DNA of 64,000 bases from Balamuthia mandrillaris (taxonomy: Eukaryota), in the NCBI GenBank assembly GCA_031835245.2, contig JAVKOQ020000003.1, positions 62,001 to 126,000 of the forward strand, written 5' to 3'. Each line of letters starts with the position of its first letter. The stretch's first letter is position 1. Positions 39,290 to 51,668 of the stretch are shown here, piece by piece. Made by a program: the position numbers and the translations under genes. Under the pieces are notes generated by a model. That model made no database searches and was not told the origin of the DNA. It worked only from the letters and a program-made list of their open reading frames with translations.

Positions 39290-40790
39290 GTGGTGCCTTG
39301 CTCGTCGACAAAAAATTTCTGGTTCACCTGCACACCGCCGCATCAAAGGAATTGTTTTGGCTTGGCAGCACTCTGCCGAGACCTGAAGCTGTTGCAGTGG
39401 GCGGTGACGGAGCAAGGCTGCCCTTTGCAGGAAGACACCTTCCTATCAGCAGCTAGGCAGGGTAACGTGGCGGTGCTGAAGTGGCTGCGAGAGGAACACG
39501 CCAGAAGGAGGACATTTGGAGGTGCTTCAGTGGCTTCGAAAGGAGGGTTGCCCCTGGTCTGAGGATATCTGTGGAAGAGCCGCAGGAAGTGGACGGTTGG
39601 AAATGGTTCAGTGGTTGCGAGTGGAAAAAGGCTGTGCTTGGCCGAGTCACGAGCTGTGTTTTTTCAACTGGAAATGGTATCTTGACAACGATTGCCCTGA
39701 GCGAGTAAGCCTGGTGTGCAGCGAGGCAGCGGTGAATGGACACTTGGAGGTGCTCAAGTGGGTTCATGAAAACGGTTGTCCTTGGGATCCGTCCACTTGC
39801 AGCCAAGCAGCGGAGGGAGGACACCTGGAGGTGCTGAAATGGGCGAGAGAACATGGTTGCAATTGGAGCGCGTCCACCTGTGTTAGCGCAGCCCGCAAAG
39901 GACACTTGGAGGTGCTGAAATGGGCCAGGCAAAATGGTTGTGATTGGAGCCCATATGTCTGCGCTCAGGCAGCTGCGAATGGCCATTGGGAAGTGTTGAA
40001 ATGGGCGAGGGAGCAAGGATGCCCTTGGAATGAGGAGGCCTGCAGCTGCGCAGCTAAGAATGGACAATTAGAAGTGCTGAAGTGGCTTCGTGAACATGGC
40101 TGTCCATGGGACAAGAGTACATGCGCAGGTGCTGCTCGTAGCGGGGATTTGGACTTGCTGCAGTGGGTTCGAGCCCAAGGTTGCCAGTGGGACGAAGAAA
40201 CATGCATCGCCGCAGCACAGCACTTGGAAGTTCTGAAATGGGTACGAGCGAATGGATGCCCTTGGAATGAGAAAGTATGCAGCTGGGCAGCAGTATGGGG
40301 ACAGTTGGAGGCACTGAAGTGGGCTAGAGAGAATGGATGCCCTTGGAATGAGAAAGAAGTGTGCATTTGGGCAGCAACAAGGGGACAGTTGGAGGTGCTG
40401 AAGTGGGCCAGAGAGAATGGGTGCGAATGGGACGAGAAGGTAATCACTTTGAAGGCAGCTAGAGCTGGGAATTTGGACTTGTTGAAGTGGATGGAAGAGA
40501 ACTGCTGCTTATTGAATGACGCCCACCAAGAAGAGTTTCACAAGAAGGTATGCGAGCAAGCGGCATCAGGAGGACGTTTGAAAGTGTTGAAGTGGATGAA
40601 AGAGATTGGCTGCTTTCATCTGAAGGAAATATGTGGTAAAGCAGCCAAGTATGGGCATTTGGACGTGATAAAGTGGGCCAGACAACAAAGTGAGGACGGT
40701 GTGTTGGACGTGGATCAACTGAGGGACATTGCAGAAGAGAGAGGACAAGAACACGTGGTAGGCTGGCTCTGCGAACACTTTTTCATCTAA
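39290..40790 (+). pseudogene. Intronless 'GCPW'-type ankyrin-repeat gene with frameshifted 5' end
   Basis: About 15 repeats of AAxxGHLEVLKWARENGCPW. At ~39500 the frame shifts (VLKWLREEH / EGGHLEVLQW) with part of a repeat missing and no room for an intron; no clear in-frame ATG upstream. Confidence 0.7.
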
Positions 40791-41006
40791 TCTTTTGCTT
40801 GCTATGGTTATGAGGTGTTTTTGTTGTTCGTGATCTTTGTATTATCCTCATAACCAACCTTTCAGAAAAACAAGATAAAGAGTATTCTTGCACATTTCCT
40901 ATACTTGTTTACTTTGAACCTAAATACAAAAAAACAATATGAAAGAAAGGACGGTTAGAGGTGGTGAAGGGGCTTGAAAAAGTGGCTCGCTTGGCCTAGG
41001 TCGGTG

Positions 41007-43240
41007 CTAAAGGTCTTTGATGGAGAATTGAAGCGATTTGTGTTGGTGGTGTGACGTAGGAGGAAAGAGTTGTTGCTGCCGTGTATCTAATGGCCATCTG
41101 TTGTTGGCATTGTCAGTTGAAAAGTGGAACAAAATAAGAGCAATCGCAAGAAGAACTCAAACTAGAACAGAAAGAAGAACAGAAGAAGAAGAATAAAAAA
41201 CAAAAGAAAAAAAGAACAAGAACTAGAGAAACCAACCTGGGATGAAATCTGGCGGTGGTAGCGTTGTCAACGAGATCTTTTCGCAACCGCTCCATCCCTG
41301 TCCAAGCCACCATCACTCCGTTATCTGTTACAGAAACAGAGCGAGAAAGCGGAGAACATAAGTGGTCGGAAGAAGAAAACAGAAAAGTATTCAAAATAAC
41401 CTGTACAAAGGCGAACAGGAGGAAATATGCATTCCACTTGAAAGTTATCTGCAAGCCGTTGTACCATCTGGCGTATACGTTTATTGCATGCTACTCCTCT
41501 GTTATAATGCAATGTTCGAAAATGAGGATAAATAGAAGGACTATGAAAGAAATAACAGGTATACCCGCAAACCACCAGAGCTTGAAGAGATAATACGCCA
41601 TTGTTGTCCTGTTGGCACCAAGATAAGGCACGATGGGTTCGTTCCTCCAAGTGCCGTACAACGCATTCTTGAAATGAAGCAGCTATATCACATCTGATCT
41701 GCTGTAACTCTGCTTCATCTTTTTTTGCTTCGGGTTGTTGTGGTTCAGTTTCCTCTTGTGCTTCTTTTTCTGAGTTCTCGGTTACTATCCGAAACGGTGT
41801 TGAGGATGCTGTTGTCGCCAATGTTGGGTTTTTGCGCTGTAGTTCGGAGAAAGAAGGAGCAATAGAAGACGAAGAAAGCTTTGCCATCTGACGGACTACT
41901 GCTGTCTTTAAACCTGTTATTTGACAGCAAGCGAAAAAGAAATTATACCAATAACAGTCAAATAAAGCATACTATAAAAAAATGGAAACAAACCTGCAAA
42001 AGAAAAGTCACAGTTTTTGTGTTCTTTTAACGGTACAGTGAAAAGAAACCGTGTTGCGTCTCCTTGGCTAGCCATTTCTTCCAACTTAATGTCAACAAAT
42101 AAGAACGGGGATAAGAAAAAGAATGAGAATAAGGAAAGGAAGGCATACCAGAGCGCCAGCACTCTTTTGCATGTTGGCTTGTTGATAAACACCCAACAAC
42201 TGCGCTGTTTTGTCAAACGCTTCTCCTACTGAGTCATCAACTGTTCCCTTTCAGTTTAACAGTATGAAAAAGAAGCATATTCATAAGAAAACGTAGAAGC
42301 AGAGGTGTTGAACAACAAGACGAGAAAACAAGGACAAGAACCAACCCCAAGAAAGGTAAAATGTCCAACATCGTGTGCAACGAGCAGTTGGGTGTGTCCA
42401 CCGCTTATCAACAAGCAAAGGAATGGAAAACGCAAATGCGGATGTGTCAGTCGTGCCACCATTGCATGTGCCTTACTTGCGCCAAGTTAAAATGAGAAAC
42501 AAGAACAAGAACAAGAACAAGAACAAGAACAAGAACAAGAACAAGAACAAGAACAAGAACAAGAACAAGAACAAGAACAAGAACAAGAACAAGAACAAGA
42601 ACAAGAACAACAACATAAGACAACATAAGACAACAACAACCACAACCACAACCACAACCACAACCACAACCACAACCACAACCACAACCACAACCACAAC
42701 CACAACCACAACCCACAACCACAACCACAACCACAACCACAACCACAACCACAACCACAACCACAACCACAACCACAACCACAACCACAACCACAACCAC
42801 AACCACAACCACAACCACAACAACAGTAAGAAAAAATCATACCTCTAAATGGTTTACAGCAATAAAAGGCAGCGAGTGACGAAGTGCCATTTCTTTGGCT
42901 TCGTTCAGCCCAACTCGAAGACAAAGAGCCAAGCCAGGTCCCGCCGTCACTGCAACAGCCGATAGCTTACGGAATGCTTCTTTCCATTCTTCTCCTTCCG
43001 CTTCTTCCTTGCTTGCTTCTGCTTCTTTTTCGTTTTCTTTGTGCCTCATCAAACCACTGTCGAGCATGACTTGACGAAGGAGCACTTGCAAGTTTTTCTC
43101 GTGTTCGAACTTGGCAAGGCGAGGCACCACGCCACCGTATTGTTGATGTACACTTTGGTGAAGCGTGTAAGTAAAAGAGAAGCAGAGAAGAGTTTTGAAG
43201 AGAGACGAGAGAACGAGAGAAAGCAGAGAATCACGAGGCA

Positions 43241-43283
<43 letters not shown>

Positions 43284-43541
43284 CAACCTGTATTGAGAGG
43301 AGATTGCTTCAGCAAGAATGCTTCCGTCTTCACGCACAATGGCAACGCCGGTGTCATCGCAACTGGTCTCTATGCCCAGCACGAGCCTCTCTCTCCGCAC
43401 TGACGCAGTTTTCGAGAAGAAGAAGCGACGTTGCGGGAACACACCGTAACTGTTCGGCTTTCTTGTAAGGAGGGGAAGGGAAAGAGACGGAGTGTGAGAA
43501 GAAGAACGCAAAAACGAACGAAAAAGAAGGCAATGCATCAT
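41007..43541 (-). CDS. OSGEPL1: Mitochondrial tRNA N6-adenosine threonylcarbamoyltransferase (OSGEPL1/Qri7/TsaD)
   Basis: Transit-peptide-like N-terminus; VLGIETSCDDTG, GGVVPRLA, AVTAGPGL, NHLE|AH, LLISGGHT, DDSVGEAFDK, DFSFAGLKT, GGVACN, CTDNGVMVAWTG. Confidence 0.95.
42497..42822. repeat. (AACAAG)n + (ACCACA)n compound microsatellite in OSGEPL1 intron
   Basis: Directly visible. Confidence 0.95.
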
Positions 43542-44053
43542 TAATCATGAGGGTATTGTGAACAGTTTTTTTGAACAAAAAAACAAACCTAAAACGACAA
43601 CGCGAGCTGCCCATCAGCAGCTTTGGTTGTTGGCTGTTGCGAACGAAAGCATCGTAGATGCAGCTGCTGCCCTTCTTCATCTCTATGCTCAGCTTTGGTG
43701 TTTAATGCTTTTTTTTGTAGACAACGTGACGACATGGAAAGATTGAATCGGAGCAGCACAGGAGCTGCTCTGTTTGGCCACCAACTCTGCACAAAAGACG
43801 AAAAATTTAAAATAAATAAAAAAATAAATAAAAAATAAACAAAAAATAAACAAAAAAATAAACAAAAAAAAATGTACATTGAAAATGCGAAAACAGAAAA
43901 ACACACACTACACACTGTTTGTTTCTGTTTGAGGTTTTTTTTTTGACAATCGGTTGTTGGTCATTTCCATCCCAACCATCAAAGTAATAAAAACAACACA
44001 CGGCTGGCTTTGCTGCTCCTCCTCCGCCTTTCTCCTTCTCCTTCTCCGCAGCA

Positions 44054-47000
44054 TCATCCGCGTCGCTTGCTGAGGCGCCACTCGTTGGGATCGCGGTACT
44101 TGTCCCAGAGGGGCTCCAGCTTCTCCTGCCTCTTCCGCTTGCTGAGCTTGGTGGGGTCGCTCACCTTGTAGAACTTGGGCGCAAACTCCACCAGCCACTT
44201 GGGCTCGATCTGGAGGACCTCGCGCATGTACTCCTTGGTGGTCAGCACGAGCTCGTGGTAGATGACCCACTCGGGGTTCTTCTGGAAGAGGGCGCTGGAG
44301 GGGTGGATGTAGACGGGCTGCCCCTCGGTGAGGGTCTTGTAGCCCTCCTGGGGGTCCTTGCGGGCGGCGTGCGCAAAGAAGCCGCTGAGAATGGCCTTGC
44401 GCACGAGGGTGTAGTTCCGCCCGCAGCTCATCACGTCCATCTTGTAGCGGTCCATGATGGTGAGGAGCTGCTTGCGCACGTCCTGGGCGCGGCGCATGCT
44501 GCGCGCCTGGATAAAGTTCTCAAAGCACCAGGGGTTGGAGAAGTTGTTGGCCTTCCAGGCCTCGTAGACGGCCAGCAGGGTCAGGTGGTCGCCCTCGGCC
44601 TGGTGGAATTTGGCCTTCTTGGCGTCGGCCTGGGTTTGCTTCTCTCGCGGCCGGTAGAAGACGTTCTGCACGCTCAGCATGGCCACGATGGTGAGCACCT
44701 CGTCGCTGCAGCCCAGCTCCACGCTGGTGATCAACATCTTGGAGAGTGGGGGCTCCAAGGGAAACTCGGCCATCTTCCTGCCCAGCCGAGTGAGGAGACC
44801 TTCCTCATCCAACGCTCCCAAGCTGTATAGCGTCTCCATGGCGGCTATCATGGTTTGCACCGGCGGAGGGTCCATAAAGTCAAAGTTTAGCAAGTCGTTG
44901 ATGCCCATGGCTTTCAGGGTAAGCACCGTGTTGGCCAGGTTGGTACGCTGCAGCTCCGGCACGCTGCTGGGCAGCATCTCGCTCTTGAAGGCTGCCTCCG
45001 TGTAAAGGCGATAGCACTTGCCTGGACCTGTTCGGCCAGCACGACCAGCCCTCTGTTTGGCGGCAGCCTGACTGATAGGACAGACTACCAGGGAGTCCAT
45101 ACCCATCTTGGGATTGTAGACGTTTTGCTTGACAAAGCCTGGGTCCACCACGTAGTAAATGCCATCGATGGTGACGCTCGTCTCAGCGATGTTTGTGGCA
45201 AGCACGCACTTGCGAGCACCTGGTGGAGCTGGCTCGAAGATGCGAGTCTGCATTTCGGAAGGCAAAGCGGAGTAGACGGGCAGGATAATGAGCTCGGGCA
45301 CCATGGGTCCCAAGCTCTTCATCCGCTCAAAGAGGATCTGGCAGGCAGTATCGATCTCCTCCTGACCCGTGAGAAAGACCAGGATGTCTCCTGGGGGTTC
45401 GCTGAGATGGATCTGCATGACGGTGATAAGGGCGGCGTCCAGGTAGTCCGTCTCCGGCTGTTTTGTGTAGAGGATCTCCACGTGGAAGGTTCTGCCTGGA
45501 ATGGTGAAGATGGGGCAGTTGTTGAAGTAGGCAGAGAATTTCTCGGCCTCCAGGGTGGCGGAGGTGATGATGAGCTTGAGGTCAGGGCGTTTGGCGCAGG
45601 CCTGCTTCATCAGGCCAAAGAGTACGTCCGTGTGAATGGTCCGCTCGTGAGCCTCGTCCAGCATGATGCAGCTGTACTGGCTGAGATCAGGGTCCAGGAG
45701 GCACTCTCTGAGCAACATACCGTCCGTCATGTACTTGATCTTCGTCTCGGGGGAGGTGCAATCCTCGAAACGAATGGCATAGCCCACTTCCTGTCCCAAG
45801 CGACAGCCGTACTCCTCTGCCACACGCTTGGCTACGCTCATGGCAGCCACTCGTCTCGGTTGTGTGCATCCGATCTTGCCGCGAGAGGCGTAACCTACTT
45901 CAGCCAAGTACTGAGTCATCTGAGTGGTCTTGCCGCTGCCTGTCTCTCCGATGACCACCAGCAGCTGGTTATCGTGAATGGCTCGCAGAAGCTCCTCTCT
46001 CAGAGCGAAGATCGGCAAGCTTTCCCTCTGTTCCTTTATAGAGCCCACCTGCTTCTCTCCAAAACGTGTGTTGGAGGAGAGGTAGGCTTTCTTCCACTCG
46101 GGTTCCTCGTAAGTGGGAGCGCTGATGCCTCGCAGCTCCTGGGCGATGTGCCGCTCTCCAGGCTCGGGCATGGGATCTTCCCAGGGTCTGTTAAGATCTT
46201 TAGGCACAGAGTCTAGCAGCTGGTTTCGTTGCTCCTCGCGTAACTCTCTGCGTTCCTTGGCCAAAGCGGACTGGGTCATGGCTGCACGAGAGAGCGAACC
46301 ATCGGGGTTTCGCACCACTTTGATGGGAGAGAGTTGCAAGTGGCCCTGGCGAGAGGACTGTCCTCGCAGGAAGAGAGGCTCCACGTCGTTGAGCTCTACT
46401 TCCAGTTCTTCCTCCGTCTCTTCCACGTTGATAATGCCGTGCTCCTCGTCGTAGTCGGGGTCTTCAGTGTAGTCCAGCACGCCCGCTGCTTTCAGCTGTT
46501 TCAACTCCCACCGTTCAGGGGAGGAGATACGCTTCAGCGGTCGGGCTGATTCTCGTTCGTTGGTGCTGTTGTTGATGCCGGCGCCGTTGCCACTACCTCC
46601 GAGTCCCAACATGTTTGCTCCGCTGAGAAGAGGCGTTCGTTTGGTAGTACTTGATGAGGGATTAGACCAATCCGAATCTCCATCGTTTGTTCTTCTGGGC
46701 GCCAAGTCTTGACCAGTTTCCTGGTCCACCTCCCTCATGGAGAGAGAGATCTTGTTGCCAGTAGCCGCCAAGACCTTAACCTTGACGGCTTGCCCTCTCT
46801 TCAGCACTTCGTTAACGTTGAGGATGCGGCCGCCTTGGCGAATCTCGGAGACGTGGACAAGACCTTCCTTGCGGCCCACCACGCCTTCCAGTTGCACAAA
46901 GGCACCAAAGTCCTTGATGGTTGAGACCTTACCGTCGTAGATCTTGTACTTGATGGGTTCCTCGTCCGGTACTGCTCTTTCTCTTATCTGTCTTCTGTTT

Positions 47001-47806
47001 CTATCTCTGTCTCTGTCTCTTTCTCTGCTACCGTCTCGTTCTCTTTCCCTAGAGCGGTTTCTCCGGTCTCGTTCTCTGTCGCCATCTCTGTCATAATACC
47101 GACTGCGATGATGGTCTCTGCCGTCTCCGTCTCTGTCTCTGTCTCGTTCTCTATCCCTGTCTCTATCTCTTGTTCTGGTTCGTCCATACTCATCTCTGTC
47201 TCCATCTCTGTCTCTGTCTCGTCGACCCCTGTCTCTGTCTCTATCACGGTCTCTCGATCGATCGGCTCTGCTTCTGTCTCTGTCCCTCGATCGATCACTC
47301 TCTGCACTTCGACTTCGACTCCGTTTTCTGCTGCTGAAACTCTCTTCTTCTTCGTCTTCGTCTTCTTCCGTTTTGTCCTTTGCTCCTCCTCGCTCTGCTC
47401 TTCCCTCCTTGCCCTCGTTCTCCACTTCCAGCCCCGAGCCGCCCAGCCACTTGGCCCGCGTGTCGTTCGGGATGGAGAGTGCAGGAAAGGCCGCTCGAAG
47501 GCTTTCGTTTCGGCCTCCTCCTCCTCCACCACTGCCAGAAGAGGAAGCAGAGGAAGAAGAGCCAGAGCCATCTTTTGGAGGCCGCATGCGTTGGATGATG
47601 TGCAGTAATTTCTCGGAGAGGTCGGAGGGAAAGTCGGCCCCTTCCTCGTGCAGAGCGGCGGAGAAGGCGGCGTGGGTGGGGTTCTTGTCGGCGAGCTCGA
47701 TGATGTACTCGGCCAGCACCTTGTCGCTGATTCCCAAGTGGTTTTCCAGCTCGCGACAGATCTTGGAGACCAGCGAGAGCAATTGAAGTTTTTCTATCTC
47801 ATCCAT
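44054..47806 (-). CDS. DHX8: Pre-mRNA splicing DEAH-box helicase PRP22/DHX8, single exon
   Basis: One uninterrupted [24 protein letters not shown]-rich region, S1 domain, [25 protein letters not shown]-terminal EWRLS. Confidence 0.98.
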   Translation of the reverse strand: MDEIEKLQLLSLVSKICRELENHLGISDKVLAEYIIELADKNPTHAAFSAALHEEGADFPSDLSEKLLHIIQRMRPPKDGSGSSSSASSSGSGGGGGGRNESLRAAFPALSIPNDTRAKWLGGSGLEVENEGKEGRAERGGAKDKTEEDEDEEEESFSSRKRSRSRSAESDRSRDRDRSRADRSRDRDRDRDRGRRDRDRDGDRDEYGRTRTRDRDRDRERDRDRDGDGRDHHRSRYYDRDGDRERDRRNRSRERERDGSRERDRDRDRNRRQIRERAVPDEEPIKYKIYDGKVSTIKDFGAFVQLEGVVGRKEGLVHVSEIRQGGRILNVNEVLKRGQAVKVKVLAATGNKISLSMREVDQETGQDLAPRRTNDGDSDWSNPSSSTTKRTPLLSGANMLGLGGSGNGAGINNSTNERESARPLKRISSPERWELKQLKAAGVLDYTEDPDYDEEHGIINVEETEEELEVELNDVEPLFLRGQSSRQGHLQLSPIKVVRNPDGSLSRAAMTQSALAKERRELREEQRNQLLDSVPKDLNRPWEDPMPEPGERHIAQELRGISAPTYEEPEWKKAYLSSNTRFGEKQVGSIKEQRESLPIFALREELLRAIHDNQLLVVIGETGSGKTTQMTQYLAEVGYASRGKIGCTQPRRVAAMSVAKRVAEEYGCRLGQEVGYAIRFEDCTSPETKIKYMTDGMLLRECLLDPDLSQYSCIMLDEAHERTIHTDVLFGLMKQACAKRPDLKLIITSATLEAEKFSAYFNNCPIFTIPGRTFHVEILYTKQPETDYLDAALITVMQIHLSEPPGDILVFLTGQEEIDTACQILFERMKSLGPMVPELIILPVYSALPSEMQTRIFEPAPPGARKCVLATNIAETSVTIDGIYYVVDPGFVKQNVYNPKMGMDSLVVCPISQAAAKQRAGRAGRTGPGKCYRLYTEAAFKSEMLPSSVPELQRTNLANTVLTLKAMGINDLLNFDFMDPPPVQTMIAAMETLYSLGALDEEGLLTRLGRKMAEFPLEPPLSKMLITSVELGCSDEVLTIVAMLSVQNVFYRPREKQTQADAKKAKFHQAEGDHLTLLAVYEAWKANNFSNPWCFENFIQARSMRRAQDVRKQLLTIMDRYKMDVMSCGRNYTLVRKAILSGFFAHAARKDPQEGYKTLTEGQPVYIHPSSALFQKNPEWVIYHELVLTTKEYMREVLQIEPKWLVEFAPKFYKVSDPTKLSKRKRQEKLEPLWDKYRDPNEWRLSKRRG

Positions 47807-48077
47807 CTTCTCTCTCTCTCTCTCTCTACCAAACGAAGCACACAACACAAACAGAAAGAAGCGGTAGAAAGAAGTGGTGGAAAAACAGGGGGGAAGAGGG
47901 GGAGGGAAGGAGTCCTTCGGTGAGGACAGTTCACGGCTTCTTCTTTCTCTTCTCCCTTCGGTCTTTATTTGTAGACAAAAGAAAAGTTGTCGCTTGTTAT
48001 TTGTCGACAATTTCTGCAGTGTCGACATGAATCGAAAATCAGGAGAGATTTCGGCATAAAATAGACCTGTTTTCTGC

Positions 48078-48092
48078 TGAAATTTCTAGAAA
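48078..48092 (+). promoter_or_regulatory. Heat shock element (three inverted nGAAn units)
   Basis: tGAAa tTTCt aGAAa ~320 bp upstream of the Hsp70 ATG, in the divergent PRP22/Hsp70 interval. Confidence 0.6.
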
Positions 48093-48412
48093 ACTTTGTT
48101 GCCTCATCATTGGCGCGCTGGAAAACCGTCCAAGCGGATCCTGTGCAAATGTCAGCTTGCACGGCTGGACACTTGATTCATCGCCACTCGTAGAACCCAA
48201 AAGCGAGAAAGAAGAAGCAGAGAAACGAAGAAAGGGGGACCCATCCATAGGCCGCCTTGTGAAGCACCTTTTATTCTTTCAGGTTCCACTTTTTTTTTTT
48301 CGATACTTTGAGTGTATTTAGTTCATTATTTATTTGTTTGTAAAAAATACAAAAAGTTCACTCTTGTAAATACGTTTAAAAAAACACACACACAGATCAC
48401 ACACACAAGAAG

Positions 48413-48596
48413 ATGCAAGGCTCAAATCCAAAGGTTGCTATTGGCATCGATCTTGGCACAACGTACGCTTTTCTCTCTCTCTCTCTCTCTCTCAACGTTT
48501 ACTCACCCCTTTTTTTCACACTCTAGCTACTCTTGCGTCGGTGTATGGCAGCATGACCGTGTTGAAATCATCCCCAACGAACAAGGCAACAGGTTC

Positions 48597-48628
<32 letters not shown>

Positions 48629-48960
48629 TGTCCCTCTTTCACTCATCACATTCATCTTTCTTATTTTTTTTCTTCTGCTCGTAGAACAACGCCTTCCTAT
48701 GTGGCGTTCACTGAGAATGAGCGCCTGTTGGGCCAGGCCGCGTTTAACCAGGCCTCCATTAACCCTGCCAACACTGTCTTTGACGCCAAGCGTATGATTG
48801 GCCGGAAGTGCGTCTTCTCTCTCTGCTCTCTCTCTCTCTGCTCTCTCTCTCTCTCTCTGCTCTCTCAAGGCTGCTCTGATGATACAACGCCCAATGAGAA
48901 TATCTCTCTTTGATTAAAACCTAATCCCTTGGCTGTCTGAACTTGGCCTTTCTCTTCTCT

Positions 48961-48992
<32 letters not shown>

Positions 48993-49610
48993 CACGCCCT
49001 TTCTTCTCTTTCTCACCACTCTTCTCTTATCAATAACTCAACTCCTCCTCCTTTTCTTCTTTGTCTGCCAACAGTTTCAGCGACGCTGAGATCCAGAGAG
49101 ACATTCCCTTGTGGCCCTTCAAGGTCGTGCAGCGCGTTGGCGACAAGCCAATGATCCAAGTGGAGTACATGGGCAAGACCCACGAGTTTGCTCCCGAGGA
49201 GATCTCCTCCATGGTCCTGACCTCCATGAAGCAAACGGCAGAGGCTTTCCTCGGCCATCCCGTCGAAAAGGCTGTCATCACGGTGCCTGCCTACTTTAAC
49301 GACTCGCAGCGAGTGGCCACGAAAGATGCTGGCGCTATCGCTGGACTGGATGTAATTCGTATCATCAACGAACCTACTGCCGCTGCCATTGCCTATGGTC
49401 TTGAGAAAGGAACTGCTGGCACTGAACAGAATATTCTAGTCTTGTACGTTTGTTATTTTACTCTTGCTTTATTTTCTTCTTTTTGTTTAGGCTTTTTCTG
49501 ATTGATATATATGAACGCTATAACAGTGACTTTGGAGGAGGTACTTTGGATGTTTCTATTCTCAGCTTGGATAACGGCGTGTTTGAAGTGAAGGCTACTG
49601 GAGGAGGTAA

Positions 49611-49652
<42 letters not shown>

Positions 49653-51390
49653 AGCTCCCGTCTTAACTGACCTTTCACTCTTATTCTTCCACAGACACAC
49701 ATTTGGGAGGTGAAGACTTGGACAAGTGCGTCTCTTCGTCTTATGTGCCTCGTCTTTCCCTATTCTAATGCTATTTCTCTGTGTTTCAACAGCAAATTGG
49801 TGGAACACTTTACTACCGAGTTTCGCAGAAAGACTGGAAAGGATATCAGCAATAACCAACGCGCCCTTCGTCGTCTTCGTACTGCCTGCGAGCGTGCCAA
49901 GCGTACACTGAGCTCCACGGTGAACTCCACTCTTGAGATCGACTCTCTCTACGAGGGTATCGACTTTTACACCAGTATCACACGAGCCAGATTCGAGGAG
50001 CTTTGTGGTGATATCTTTAGGAGATGTTTGGAGATTGTTGCTCAAGTATTGCATGATTGTACGTTTTCTCCTCTTCTTTTGTTTCTTCTCTTTTTCTTTC
50101 TCTCTTATTGTTTGTTTGGTCTATAGCCAAGTTTGCCAAGAAGGACATTGATGAAATAGTGCTGGTGGGCGGATCTACTCGTATTCCAAAGATCCAACAA
50201 TTGCTGGAAGGTTTCTTTGAGGGCAAGAAAGTCAATAAGTCCATAAATCCCGACGAAGCTGTTGCTGTACGTTATTTGTTTCTCTTTGCTTGTATTTCTT
50301 TTTTGCGTTTGTTTGTTTTTGTTTATTCTGTACTTAACGTGTTTTTCTTTCCTACAACGAATAGTATGGTGCGGCTATTCAAGGTGCCATTCTTACAGGC
50401 GAGGCAAAAGGTAAAGTGGAGGATGTGCTTTTGTTGGACGTTGTGCCTCTGAGTCTTGGCGTAGCCGCCCAAGGTGGCGTCATGGTGGTAAGTTATTTGC
50501 AACCCACCCTTCCCTCTTTTTCTTCATTTGCTTCTTAGCTCTTTCTTTCCCTTTTGCTTGCTTCTTTGTAATTTTCTCTTTCTTTTTTTTAAAATTAGCC
50601 GATTATCGAGAGGAACACAACCATCCCCACCGAAAAGAAGAAGACCTTCTCCACCTCTCAAGACAACCAAACCTTTGTGGAGGTCAAAGTCTACGAAGGC
50701 GAACGTCCCAACGTCCGCGACAACAACCTCCTCGGCAAGTTCCGTCTGGAAGGCATCCCGAGAGCTCCTCGCGGACATGCCCAAATCGAGGTTACTTTCA
50801 GTGTCGATGCCAACGGCATACTGAACGTGAAAGCAGAGGAGACGGGCAGCAAGAAGCAGAGCGAGATTACCATCACGAACGATAAGGGAAGGCTGTCGAA
50901 GGATGATATTGAGAAGATGTTGAAGCAGGCGGAGATCTTTAGGGAGCAGGATGAGCGCATCCGCGAGATTCATGAGTGGCGCAACTCGTTGGAGAACAAA
51001 GGTACCTAATTTCTTCTCTTTCTCTTTCTCTTTTCTCCCTCTTTCATCGCTTTTCTCTTTCTCTTTCTTTTATTAATCTCTTTTTCAGTATATAACATTC
51101 GTGCGATGATGGACGGAGAGCTCAGCTCCTTCCTGGAATCTGATGAGCGACAACAGCTCGAACACATCTGCTCGAGCACCGTTCAATGGTTGGACGAGCA
51201 TCCCCCCGCCACAAGCAGCTTGGAGGACTTTGTGAGCAAAGTGAAGGAAGTGGAGAGTGCCTACAATCCCATTTTCACAAAGGCCTATGCCAGAAGGCCT
51301 TCCCCTGCTCCGTCCACGGGTCCCGCCCCTCAAGAGGGTGGAGAAGGTGGAGAAGGAGGCGAAGGCGGAGAAGAAGCTCATCAACACTGA
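48413..51390 (+). CDS. HSP70: Cytosolic-type Hsp70 lacking C-terminal EEVD (~11 exons)
   Basis: [80 protein letters not shown]; ends ...EEAHQH-stop. Confidence 0.95.
48867..48950 (+). ncRNA. Intronic box C/D snoRNA (U53/SNORD53-like guide for LSU rRNA)
   Basis: In Hsp70 intron 3: terminal stem AAGGC/GCCTT, box C (c)TGATGA 48876-48882, box D CTGA 48937-48940, preceded by TCCCTTGGCTGT, antisense to conserved LSU rRNA ACAGCCAAGGGA. Confidence 0.8.
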
Positions 51391-51537
51391 TGAAGAAGAC
51401 GAAAGGATGTTTGAGAACGAAAAGAAAGAAAAATAAAGGATTAAAGAGAGAAAAACAAGAATCTTCCTCTAACCTTTCCACACAACAAAACACATAAAGA
51501 AGAGAACAGGTTGACGAAGAAGGTCACGAAAGAAGCA

Positions 51538-51631
51538 ATGAACGTCTCCACGGAAGCTTCGGCTGAGCAAAGGTTCAATCAAACTATCTTGAATTGTTGT
51601 TTTGTTTTGTCTCACTTCTGGTCTCTCTCTG

Positions 51632-51668
<37 letters not shown>

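Noticed and set aside
39516..40790. Regular ~75-bp periodicity resembling a CRISPR or satellite array (also 55556-56800)
   Set aside because: Protein-coding ankyrin-type repeats with codon-level variation; no unique spacers and no cas genes.
44255..46216. Long antisense ORFs opposite PRP22 (and opposite the GT31 gene, 57565-58482)
   Set aside because: Expected shadow ORFs from GC-rich codon usage on the coding strand; no domain signal.
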